Assembly: GCF_009914755.1 (NCBI RefSeq)
Contig: NC_060927.1
Length of the DNA stretch: 64,000 bases
From: the human T2T-CHM13v2.0 reference genome, Homo sapiens
Reading direction: 5' to 3' (one strand)
Below, piece by piece: positions 53,520 to 64,000 of the stretch. Position numbers and translations under genes: made by a program. The notes under the pieces were generated by a model. The model saw only the letters and a list, made by a program, of their open reading frames with translations. It was not told the origin of the DNA and ran no database searches. How positions within the stretch are numbered: the stretch's first letter is position 1; each line of letters opens with the position of its first letter.

Positions 53520-54840
53520 TGCTTGCCTTGCTTGGGGTTATTGGAGATTCCGGGATCTGTAAGTTTATAGTTTTCATCAAATTTGGAAGATCTTTAGTTG
53601 TTATTTCTTCAAATATTTTTCCATGTTCCATCTCTCTCCTCTCCTTCAAAACTATGTTAGATGACCTGATATTGTCCCACAGGTCAATAAGGTTGGGTTT
53701 TATTTCTCCCAATATTTTTGTCTCTGTGTTTTGCTTTGGATAGTTTCTGTTGCTACATTTTCATATTCACTGCTCTTCCTATCTGTATTGTCTAACCTGC
53801 TGTTAATACTATCCAGGGAAATTTTAATTTTAGGTATTGCATTTCTCTAAAAATTTTATTTCATTTATTTCTAGGTAATTCATCTCTCTCTTTATGTTTG
53901 TCTTTCCTCTATATCTTTGAGCATATAGGACAGATTTATAATAGTTGTTTTGATACCCTGACTATAAATTCTATATTTGTCATTAATGGTTCTGTTTTTA
54001 ACCAACTGATTTTTCCTTCTGGTTATGGATCATATTTTCCTGCTTCTTCTTTCTTCAGTAATTTTTACTGTATGCTGGGTATTATAAATTTTATGTTATC
54101 GAGTGCTGGTTTTTAAAAAAATATTCTTTTAAGTGTATTTGACTTTGTTCTAGTGACAATTGTGATCAATATAGTTCTTTTTAATTTTATTTTAAAACTC
54201 TTTTAGGGTAGGTCTATAGGAATAATTACTCTAGAGCTAATTTAGCTTTTCTAAGGTGTGATCCTTCTGCAGTTGTGACCCTGAATGCTCCCATACTCAC
54301 AGATGTTTCTCCTCTTGGGCTGTTGGGAATTCAAGTAATTTTCAGCCCTGAAAGATCTCTGGAAAATGTTTGGTTGACAGATCTCTAGTAGTTGTTCTTT
54401 CCCAGAAAGTTTGTCATGCCTAGCCTCATAGGGTTTCACTTCACACATGTAGATGGTATCCAGCAAAAGACTCAAGGGAGCCCTACGCAAATTTATAAAA
54501 TATTTATCTACCGAGCTCCCTTCTCTTGGGTTCTCTGCCCTATAAATTTCTATCCTCTCTGCCTCCCCAAATTTCAATTTGTCTTTCCTTCATCTCAGTA
54601 ACACTGTCTGGCTCCATCTGGGTTCCCGTTGCTATATCACAGTCCAGAAATTACTCCTAGGCAGAAGGTCTGGGCGATGGTGGAACTCACTTTGTTTCCT
54701 TTCTCTCGGGGATCACAGTCCTGCAATTGCTGTTGTCCAATATCTCAAATGGTTGTTGAATACATTATTTCTAGTTCTTTAGGTGTCAACAGCAGAAGGA
54801 TGATTCAGGCTCTCCTACTCTGTCATGACTGGAAGCAGTT
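53520..54840 (-). mobile_element. Old L1M 5'/ORF1 region
   Basis: ORF 53464-53712(-) translates DLWDNIRSSN...KIFEEITTKDLPNLMKTINLQIPES, homologous to L1 ORF1p. Confidence 0.85.
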
Positions 54841-55429
54841 AACTTTACTATGAATTATCATTATGTTATAAATTCTGTAATCATCTTGTGGCTAGCACAA
54901 TCACTTTGCATTTAATATTTTTCCAGAAAGGATTACTTTTTAAATGATTACAAAATATATATGTTTAAAATGTAGCATATGTTTTGCATTTATTCATTTT
55001 AAAATATATACAGATGGTGTAAATAAAAATGGCAATGGCAATGACTTGAACATCTCTTGACCTCTCTTGACCTTAAAAAGGCCTTCGTGTTATCTGCTGT
55101 CTCTCTAGTTAAGTATACTTTTGCAATTTGCCACAATGCAGGCCTTTATCACGTTTACATATTTAGAAATCTGCTCTTGTTTAGTCTTCTAAGAGTGGAT
55201 TTATTTTTAGAGGGCAAACAGAGCAACAGGGCTCATCCAATGACTGTCTAAGAACTGAATATCGGCTTGCTAATTAACAGATCACAAGGATCAATGTGCC
55301 TGAGTCCACATGACCAGCATATTCTCTCCCTGTTAGAGAATAACCATGAGAATTTATTGGTGAGCATGGACTTTGAACAAAGTGAGTTGGGTGAGTCAAA
55401 CAGTTGCTGGCATCAGGCCATATACTAAG

Positions 55430-56250
55430 TCACTCATCTCATCAACAAATGTTTACTGAGCACTGAAAGTATGCCATTTACTTTGCTAAAGACTCACTTT
55501 GCTAAACACAGTGAACATGGCAGATGCAGTCCCATAATAACAGAATTCTTGGACAAATATTAAACAGGGAATAATAGCAGTGTGATGAATCTCATGATAG
55601 GGAAAATACAGGGAGCTATGGAAACTCTTGGGTGTGTGTGTAGGGACATCGGGGATGTATTAGTCTGTTCTCACACTGCTAATAAAGACATACCATAGAC
55701 TGGGTAATTTATACAGGAAAGACGATTAATTGACTCATAGTTCCACATGGCTGGGGATGCCTCACAATCATGGTGGAAGGTGAATGAGGAGCAAAGTCAC
55801 ATCTTACATGGTGGCAGCAAGAGAGCATGTGCAGGGGAACTCCCCTTTATAAAACCATCAGATATCGTGAGACTTATTCACTATCACAAGAACAGCGCAG
55901 GAAAGACCTGCCCCCATGATTCAATTACCTCTCACTGGGTCCCTCCCATGACATGTGGGAATTATGGGAGCTACAATTCAAGATTGGGTGGGGACACAGC
56001 CAAACCATATCAGGGGGAGAATGTAAAGTAGGCTAGTGTTCATGTAAGTGTCTCTGGATAAATCATATTTAAGTTGAGATATAGGGGATTGAAAGGAAGT
56101 ATTCAGGTGAAGAAGGGAGAAAAAACTAACCTAGTGAGATATTCTCCCAAGTGTGATATTCTTTTCACTAATGGAATGCAAGAGCAGGAAAGGCATCAAT
56201 TTTGGAGCAAAGGTAAAGGAAGATGGAGATTGCAGAGAAGGCAGGAAATC
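55430..56250 (-). mobile_element. L2 fragment split by THE1
   Basis: atcaacaaatgtttactgagcac...acagtgaacatggcagatgcagtccc...gggagctatggaaac; resumes after 56012. Confidence 0.65.
55656..56012 (-). mobile_element. THE1 (B/C-like) solo LTR
   Basis: tgtattagtc...aataaagacatacc...gagcaaagtcacatcttacatgg...gggacacagccaaaccatatca; TSD gggga/ggggg. Confidence 0.95.
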
Positions 56251-56278
56251 TCTTGATTTTAGGATTTGATGACCACCA

Positions 56279-56296
56279 CCCCAACCCACCCCACCC
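56279..56296 (-). other. Canonical G-quadruplex motif
   Basis: Minus strand GGG-T-GGGG-T-GGG-TT-GGGG. Confidence 0.7.
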
Positions 56297-56489
56297 TGCT
56301 CCATGCTACCTCCATACTCCCTGCACACACACACTAACACACAAGTTCATGAGCGAACCTTCCCAGCCATCTCAGGACTTTTAGGGTGGGGTTGCATTAT
56401 CAAGGTGCTTCATTAATATTTTTTCAAACTGACTGGCAAAGGTAAGCAGATAAGGGACATTTTCTCCATGTGCTTTGCACCTTACCAAA

Positions 56490-56853
56490 TGTATTAGTCC
56501 ATTCTCACACTGCTGTAAAGAACTGCCTGAGAATGGGCAATTTACAAAGAAAAAAGGTTTAATTGACTCACAGTTCAGCATGGCTGGGGAAGCCTCAGGA
56601 AACTTATAATCATGATGGGAGGCACCTCTTCACAGGGTGGCAGGAGAGAGAATGAGTGCCAGCCGGGGAAATGCCAGACACTTATAAAACCATCAGATCT
56701 CATGAGACTCACTCCCTGTCACGAGAACGGCATGGGGGAAGCCACATCCATGATCCAGTTACCTCCACCTGGTCTCCCCCTTGACACGTGTAAATTATGG
56801 AGCTTACAATTCAACATGAGATTTAGGTTGGGACACAAAGCCTAATCATATCA
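56490..56853 (-). mobile_element. THE1D-like solo LTR
   Basis: tgtattagtcc...catatca with perfect TSD ccaaa (56485-56489, 56854-56858). Confidence 0.95.
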
Positions 56854-57237
56854 CCAAAAAAGTTTGCTTATTCAGAAAAGAGAATGTGAAATCTCTTTGT
56901 CTTTTGAGCCAAGTTTATTGAACCAGTCTCTCACACTATTTTGGCTATTATATCTTTTTCTTCAGTTTAGTAGCCTTAAGCAGAATGTTGCTTTATTAAA
57001 AATATTTACAAACATTTATGTTTTTTTATTGAAGGAGGAACTTATTTTCAGCTTTGTATTTTTGTGAGTTGATGTGACCTATTATGACTTATATTTAATT
57101 ATGTACTTCTAATGTCAAATTTTTAATTCATATAGCTCAACACTGTTTTGATTAAACTGTAATCGTTATTAAATATAAACATTTTGGGGCAACTGTAACT
57201 GCTTCACTTCTCTACTTATCATAGAGATATATATTTT

Positions 57238-57572
57238 TAAATTATATTATTATTTATTTATTTAGAGACAGGGTCTCATTTCTGTCACCCAGGCTGGAGA
57301 GTAGTGGCACAATCATGGCTCACTGCAGCCTGCATCTCCTAGGCTCAAGTGATCCAGAGTCCTGCCTCAGCCTCCCGAGTAGCTGGGACTACAGGCACAC
57401 ACCACCACACAAGGGTGAATTTTTTTATTTTTAATTTTTTTATTTTTATTTCAGTGAAGACAGGATCTCCCTATGTTGCCCATGCTGGTCTCAAACTCCT
57501 AGGCCCAAGAGATTCTTCTGCCTCAGCCTCCCAAAGTGTGGGGATTAGAGATGTGAGCCACTGCACCTGGCT
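57238..57572 (-). mobile_element. AluJ
   Basis: agagacagggtctc...gtgagccactgcacctggc. Confidence 0.95.
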
Positions 57573-58131
57573 TATACTTTTCTTTTAAAATATATTTCTA
57601 TAGTATTTGAAACATGAATCAGCTTCAAAGCAAATTAGTAGATATCAGTCCAGAAGGTACACAGATATAGTGAACACCATTAAGGGAGAAGTTTGGAATC
57701 ATTCGTCTGACACATCCACTGCCTGCCACAGAAGGCATGGCCTGGCAATGGGATTAGATTATTGGAAATTTGTTGGCTGAGGAGCCTTCACATATGAACA
57801 TGCTTGGATGGAGACTGCCAACATTTTCCGGTCATAGTTTTCTTAGCTTAACTCTCATGAAATAGCTTCCTTCTGAGCAATGTCGTGCCAATGAATGAAG
57901 TTGGGTCACTCCCCAAAATTGCTAGCTGGGGAGGGGGTGGGAAGGAGAATAGGAAGTACCAAGCTTCTATTTTTATAAATTTTCTCTGATTGATTATGTA
58001 GGGATTTTATACTTAATTCCCCCTTATGTTTTAGACAGTAAAAGAAGTCTCATTTTTACGAAGGGCAGAATGCAAAACAAGAATTGATGGGTAAATCTTA
58101 ATATTGTGAAGGTATTTCTACCATATTCTAA

Positions 58132-58539
<408 letters not shown>

Positions 58540-58735
58540 TAAAATAGCATTTTTTAATGGCAGCTTCACAGTAAAAGATTTCAGATAAAGGGTCTTCACT
58601 GGATGAGAGTTCAGTTGTTTTTAGGAAACAAGTTTTGTTAGGTAAAAAATGGAAATTTAATATGATTACTAATATATCCAGATAACTTGTTTACCTTTTG
58701 AAAAGTAGACTTGAAAATTTGAGCCAAGGTCCCAA

Positions 58736-58883
58736 TTTCCTTTCCTTTTCTTCCCATCCCCTTCCCTTCCTTTCCCCTTCTCCTTTCCTTTCGCCTCCCC
58801 TTTCGCCTCCCCTTTCACCTCCCCTTTCTCCTCCCCTCCTTCTCTTCCTCTTTCTCCTCCTCCTCCTCCTCCTCCTTCTTCTC
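58736..58883. repeat. CT-rich low-complexity tract
   Basis: cctcccctttc units then (CCT)n. Confidence 0.9.
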
Positions 58884-58899
58884 CAATATTTAAGGACTT

Positions 58900-59455
<556 letters not shown>

Positions 59456-59849
59456 AGCTTTCTTTGTCAAACCATTAAATTTTCAGTATTCTCTCTTCTT
59501 TTGTTTTTGCAGCTGATTTTTAAGAGCTTCTTTTTAAAATCTATTGATTTTGGCATCTGCTTTAGAGAAATACTTCAATGAAGTATCTACTTTATATCTG
59601 ATTATTTGCATCATAAATATTTTTCCTTCATCTACAAAACAAACTATTCTTACTAAATATTTTGTATCAATAAATTTATAAAATCTCAGTTTATGAGGAT
59701 TATTTTTTCTGGAGCACATATTATGTATGGCCTCTATTAATAACTGACAATGGAAGCAATTAAAATTTAGTGCTCTCCTTTGAACCAGGAAAAATCTTAA
59801 CCTTCTTGTATATTACAAAGTTTAAATAAAAAAAGAAATAGAAAAGAAT

Positions 59850-61240
59850 TCTATTGTGATAGGATATATTATTGTCCCTTTATCAACCTGTCAAAAGTTA
59901 AAAAATATATACATATATAAAGAGTAAAGAGTGGAATAATAATATTTACAAGGCTGACATATCAGATAAATAGGTATTTTTAAACATCTGTGGAATATAT
60001 TTATTTGGAATATTCACATACAATACTCATAAAAATTAATTAATTATCAATTATAGGCTAGGTCATAAAAGAACCAATAAATTCCAAAAAGCAGTGTTAA
60101 ATTAAGTTTAGCCTAAAGCTGGCTCATTATATATTTCACATTCGAGCTAAAGGTTTCTATGAATATACTGAACTGTAACCTGTCTGGATACATAGACACC
60201 CTGTAACCTACTTAGGTCTCAATCCCTGAGTTTTGGCCAATCAAAGGCAGTCAACTGTTCTAACCATGTTCAAGTAAGGCAAATGCTGAACTCTAACCAA
60301 TCTGGCTGTAACTCACTCCCATTTTCTGTATATCATTTTCTTTTTTCTGTCCATAAATATTTTTTGACCACGTAGCAGGGTTGGAGTCTCTCTGAACCAA
60401 TTTTGGTTCAGGGGCTGCCCAGTTCTTGACTTTTTCTTTGTTCAATTAAATTATGTTAATTTAATTTGTCTAAGGTTTTTGTTTTAACAGCAGAAAATGT
60501 ACTAGCTATATTTAATATAGTGGCAAAAAACTAGGAATTAATGACAAAACTGTTTTAAAAAATGCCTAGTCTATTGAATGTTTAAATATTATTCTCCAAA
60601 TTGCTAAAAGGACAAAGAAGAAATTTAAACGAAATCACATCTCATTTCGAAAACAAAGGCCATGATAACACTAAATATCCAAACTTAAGGAAGAAGTCAA
60701 ATATCAACTTAGAAAAATTACTATTCTTAAGTGACAATAACTGAAATAAATATTCATCTCAAGAAATGTGAAAAAGAAAATGATCCTCAAATAAAGAGAA
60801 GGAAGGGAAAACAGATCGAAACAAACAACTGGACAAGAGTACAGTGATAAATAAATCCATGAGTTTATTTTTCCTTCAGGTAATGAAGAACAGCAAAAAT
60901 ACAATGTTCTAAGAAATCTAATGATGCCATCCACAGCATTATGCACATACATTTGAAATGTTTGATTATTTTGAAATTTGGAATACGTAGACAAGTAGAA
61001 TAGACTAACAACTTTGAAAAAAAGTGGTGGAAGTCTCAATGACCAGTTGGTTTTACAAATGAGTTCTTTCAAGTTTCTAAGGTACAGCAAATCCTAGCAC
61101 ATTACAAAATATTTCAAAGCATGGGAAATAAATAAAAACAGCTTCCAAAAATAGATGTACAAAGAATATATAACCCTGATCCCTAAACTAGTATTAAATT
61201 TTTTAAAAAGAAAAGAAAAACACAGACCAAACACATATAA
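59850..61240 (+). mobile_element. Old L1M ORF2 fragment split by MER57
   Basis: tatttttaaac...ggaatattcac...aataaattccaaaa; ...aaaatatttcaaagcatgg...accctgatccctaaac...cacagaccaa. Confidence 0.65.
60095..60489 (+). mobile_element. MER57 ERV1 solo LTR
   Basis: tgttaaattaagtttagcctaaagct...ccaatca...ttttaaca; TSD gcag both sides. Confidence 0.9.
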
Positions 61241-61503
61241 ATACAAGATCTGTTTAAGCACTAAGTTTTGTGTTTCATTCACTTGTTGACAGTGGCTACC
61301 TCTCATTATTGTCAGTACTGGGGTACTTTAATTACTAAAACTTTCTCAAGTATGTATATACATGGCTGCTTTCTTAGTCTGAGTTCAGTGTTTGCAGAAA
61401 GTTGGCTGGAATTTCACAGCTGGCCAGGGTTTTCTCTATGTATATACAGGAGTGAGTGACTTCCTGGGATGGATCTTTAATATATTAAAATTGTATTTTT
61501 AAA

Positions 61504-61888
61504 ATACACCATGGAATACTATGCAGCCATAAAAAGGACGAGTTCATGTCCTTTGCCAGGACACGGTTGAAGCTGGAAACCATCATTCTCAGCAAACTAA
61601 CACAGGAACCAAAAACCAAAAACACATGTTATCACTCATAAGTGGGAGTTGAGCAATTAGAACACATGGACACAGGGAGGGGAACATCACACACCAGGGC
61701 TTATCAGGGGATGGGGGTCTAGGCAAGGGATAGCATGTGGAGAAATACCTAATGTAGATGATGGGTTGATGGGTGCAGCAAATCGCCATGGCACATGTAT
61801 ACCTATATAACAAACCTGCACATTCTGCACATGTATCCCAGAACTTCAAGTATAATAATAAAAAAGAAATATTGAAAATAAAAAAAAA
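61504..61888 (+). mobile_element. L1PA 3' end
   Basis: atacaccatggaatactatgcagccataaaaa...aagctggaaaccatcattctcagcaaactaac...acaaacctgcac...aagtataataataaaaa. Confidence 0.95.
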
Positions 61889-61935
61889 CAGTAAATTAAA
61901 TCATAGGCCATTTATCGAAGCTGGGAAGTTGTATA

Positions 61936-62019
61936 TACTAAATTGGTGCAAAAGTCATTGTGGTTTTTGCCATTTAAAAGTATGCCAAAAACAGTAATGA
62001 CTTTTGCACCAACCTAATT
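61936..62019. mobile_element. MADE1, full length
   Basis: ttggtgcaaaagtcattgtggtttttgccatt...aaaaacagtaatgacttttgcaccaacctaat. Confidence 0.93.
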
Positions 62020-62055
62020 ATCTTGAGGATCTGTTATTTATCATTGATCTACCTT

Positions 62056-62409
62056 AGGGTTCGCAAACTCAAGATGACCAGGACTAGGCAGGTATGTAAA
62101 TCATGAAAAGGACCTGGTAGGAAGCAGAGTAAACTGGAGAGCATTATGCACAAATAAACTGTGTTGTGGCTACTCACCTCCATTGGTGAGCTCACTGGTG
62201 GAACTCCAATGGTTCCAGCTCACTGGAACCATTTGGGATGCAGATTCAGTATCATCAAATCTGTTTTTCAGAGAAGCCAGAAGTCTGGAATTTTTATGAT
62301 AAATTTCTGAATTTTAAATGTTATTTTGCTTAACTATTTAACAAACATCACCCTGGCCTTGCAAATGTTGACAAAATTTGACTCACAGGCCACCAGTTGG
62401 CAAATTCTG
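62056..62409 (+). mobile_element. MER102-like hAT element
   Basis: agggttcgcaaactcaa...ggcaggta...aaactggagagc...agagaagccagaagtctgga...ttttaaatgtt...ggccaccagttggcaaattctg. Confidence 0.75.
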
Positions 62410-62580
62410 GTTGGTCCATTACTTTCATCTTATAGCCAAAACAATAGACCCAGCTAAGTAACTGACTCATCTAAGAAGGTCTCTGGAGTTAGGGGCACAG
62501 CAGAGCCTTGAATCTGAGCATCTGAAAGAATGAAAGTGTAGCCCTAAATCACAGTGGCCAAAATTGCTATGGCTCACACT

Positions 62581-62885
62581 TATTTTTTATTTATTTATTT
62601 ATTTCAGATGGAGTCTTGCTCTGTCACCTAAGCTGGAGTGGAATGGCGTGATCTCGGCTCACTGCAACCTCCACCTCCCGGGTTGAAGCGATTCTCTCGC
62701 CTCAGCCTCCTGAGTAGCTAGGCTTACAGGCACCTGCCATCATGCCCAGCTAATTTTTGTATTTTTGTAGAGACAACGTTTCATCATGTTGACCTGGCTG
62801 ATCTTTAACTCTGAACTTCAGGTGATCCGCCTGCCTTGGCCTCCCAAAGTGCTGGGATTACAGGTGTGAGCCACTGTGTCTGGCT
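62581..62885 (-). mobile_element. AluS (Sx-like)
   Basis: Full reverse Alu; TSD atggctcacact / atggctaacact. Confidence 0.95.
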
Positions 62886-62949
62886 ATGGCTAACACTTTT
62901 TTAAGGAAATAACAACAATCCCCAAATATCACATGCCCAGAGTTGCTCA

Positions 62950-63500
62950 GCACATTTATTTTGTCCGAAGTATATGTAATGTACATACAATAAAATGTAC
63001 CCATTCCAAATGCATAGTGGGGGTTTGACAAAAGTGCACACCATCACAATTAAAATGAAAAATATTTCTATCTCCCCAAGATGCTCCTTTACGCTCCTTT
63101 GCAATCATCACACCCTTACCAGCCAGCCCCCAGGCAATCACTTTCTGCTACTATAGATTAAATTTGCCTTTCCTAAGATTTCATACACTATGTACTCTTT
63201 TGCGTCTGGCTTCTTTCGCTCAATATAATGCTTTTGAGGTTCATCCGTGTTGTTGAGTTCATTCATTTGCAATGCTGGGGCATAATCCATTGTATGAATA
63301 AACCACAATTTGTTTATCTGTTCTCCCCTGATGGATGTTTGGATGTTTCCTGTTTTTAGGTAATATGAATAAGGCTGCTATAAACATTCCCGTACAGGTC
63401 TTTACGTGGACATATGTTTTTATTTCTCTTGGGTAAATACCTAGGAGTAGAATTGCCCAGTCGAATGGCAGGTGTATGTTTAACTTTATAAAAAACTGCT
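62950..63500 (-). mobile_element. L1M (MB-like) 3' fragment
   Basis: ccccaggcaatcact...ctggcttctttcgctcaatataatg...atgaataaggctgctataaacatt...tttctcttgggtaaatacctaggagtagaattgc. Confidence 0.9.
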
Positions 63501-64000
63501 CAGCACAATTTGAATTTTGATTTTAGATAGAGTACATTGCATTGCTGGAATGTACAAACATTATTATCCTTCCTCTAAATTCCCCTTGCTTTCTTTCCTC
63601 CATTGGAAAGCATAAATGAATATTGCTTGTTTCACGAAGTTAGAATTTTCTTTCGGCAAGACTTTGGGAAGGAAGGGAAATAAAAAAGAGATCAGAGGAA
63701 ATCACTGAAACAAAATTCTAAGGAGACAGCTAGCAACTAACATTCTGCAAAAACCCTGAGGAGTCATTTACAGCCCTGTGCATTGTAATTGGCATCTTTT
63801 CGGCTTCAGTCCAGGTCAAATCACTTCCTCCCTTATCACTCCACCTCCAAATATCCTTCTCACTCTCCTGCCTACCTGTTGTCAAGGGAAGTTCAGCCAG
63901 TGACCCAAGTTTTGTCTGGGAAAGGCTGCCGTTACAAGGAAGATGAATACAATCCTAAAAGGACTGACAAATCTAAGATTCATCCCGGTGATCACTGACA

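Noticed and set aside
53464-53712. ORF with L1 ORF1p similarity
   Set aside because: Short decayed fragment of an old L1, not an intact gene.
55656-56853. Two THE1 LTRs as the ends of one provirus
   Set aside because: Different subfamilies, separate TSDs and only about 480 bp of non-MaLR DNA between them.

Overview
AT-rich primate (probably human) nuclear DNA, shown by AluJ/S/Y, THE1, MER57, L1PA and MADE1. I recognise no protein-coding gene, RNA gene, CpG island or CRISPR array. Much of the window is decayed transposons: about 16 Alus, many MIR/L2/old L1 pieces, MaLR/ERV solo LTRs, and hAT and mariner MITEs. Between them lie repeat-free, motif-dense blocks (about 15.5, 22, 31.7, 35.3, 40.5 and 41.6 kb), consistent with a gene desert or large intron carrying developmental enhancers. 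Strongest leads: (1) a 222-codon ATG ORF in unique DNA (32891-33559, minus) with a downstream AATAAA and a CTCF-like site, a de novo gene candidate; (2) a ~110-bp mRNA 3'-end retrocopy with poly(A) and a perfect 17-bp TSD (50128-50273); (3) a probable AmnSINE1 relic (~36.9 kb); (4) a CpG-enriched ATF4-CARE/E-box element (~22.3 kb); (5) four MADE1 hairpins; (6) a ~700-bp AAGGG-like polypurine tract; (7) a triple-nested LTR stack. Repeat families and subfamilies are assigned from remembered consensus sequences and boundaries are approximate. No database search was possible, and I see no clear evidence of a new multi-gene system.
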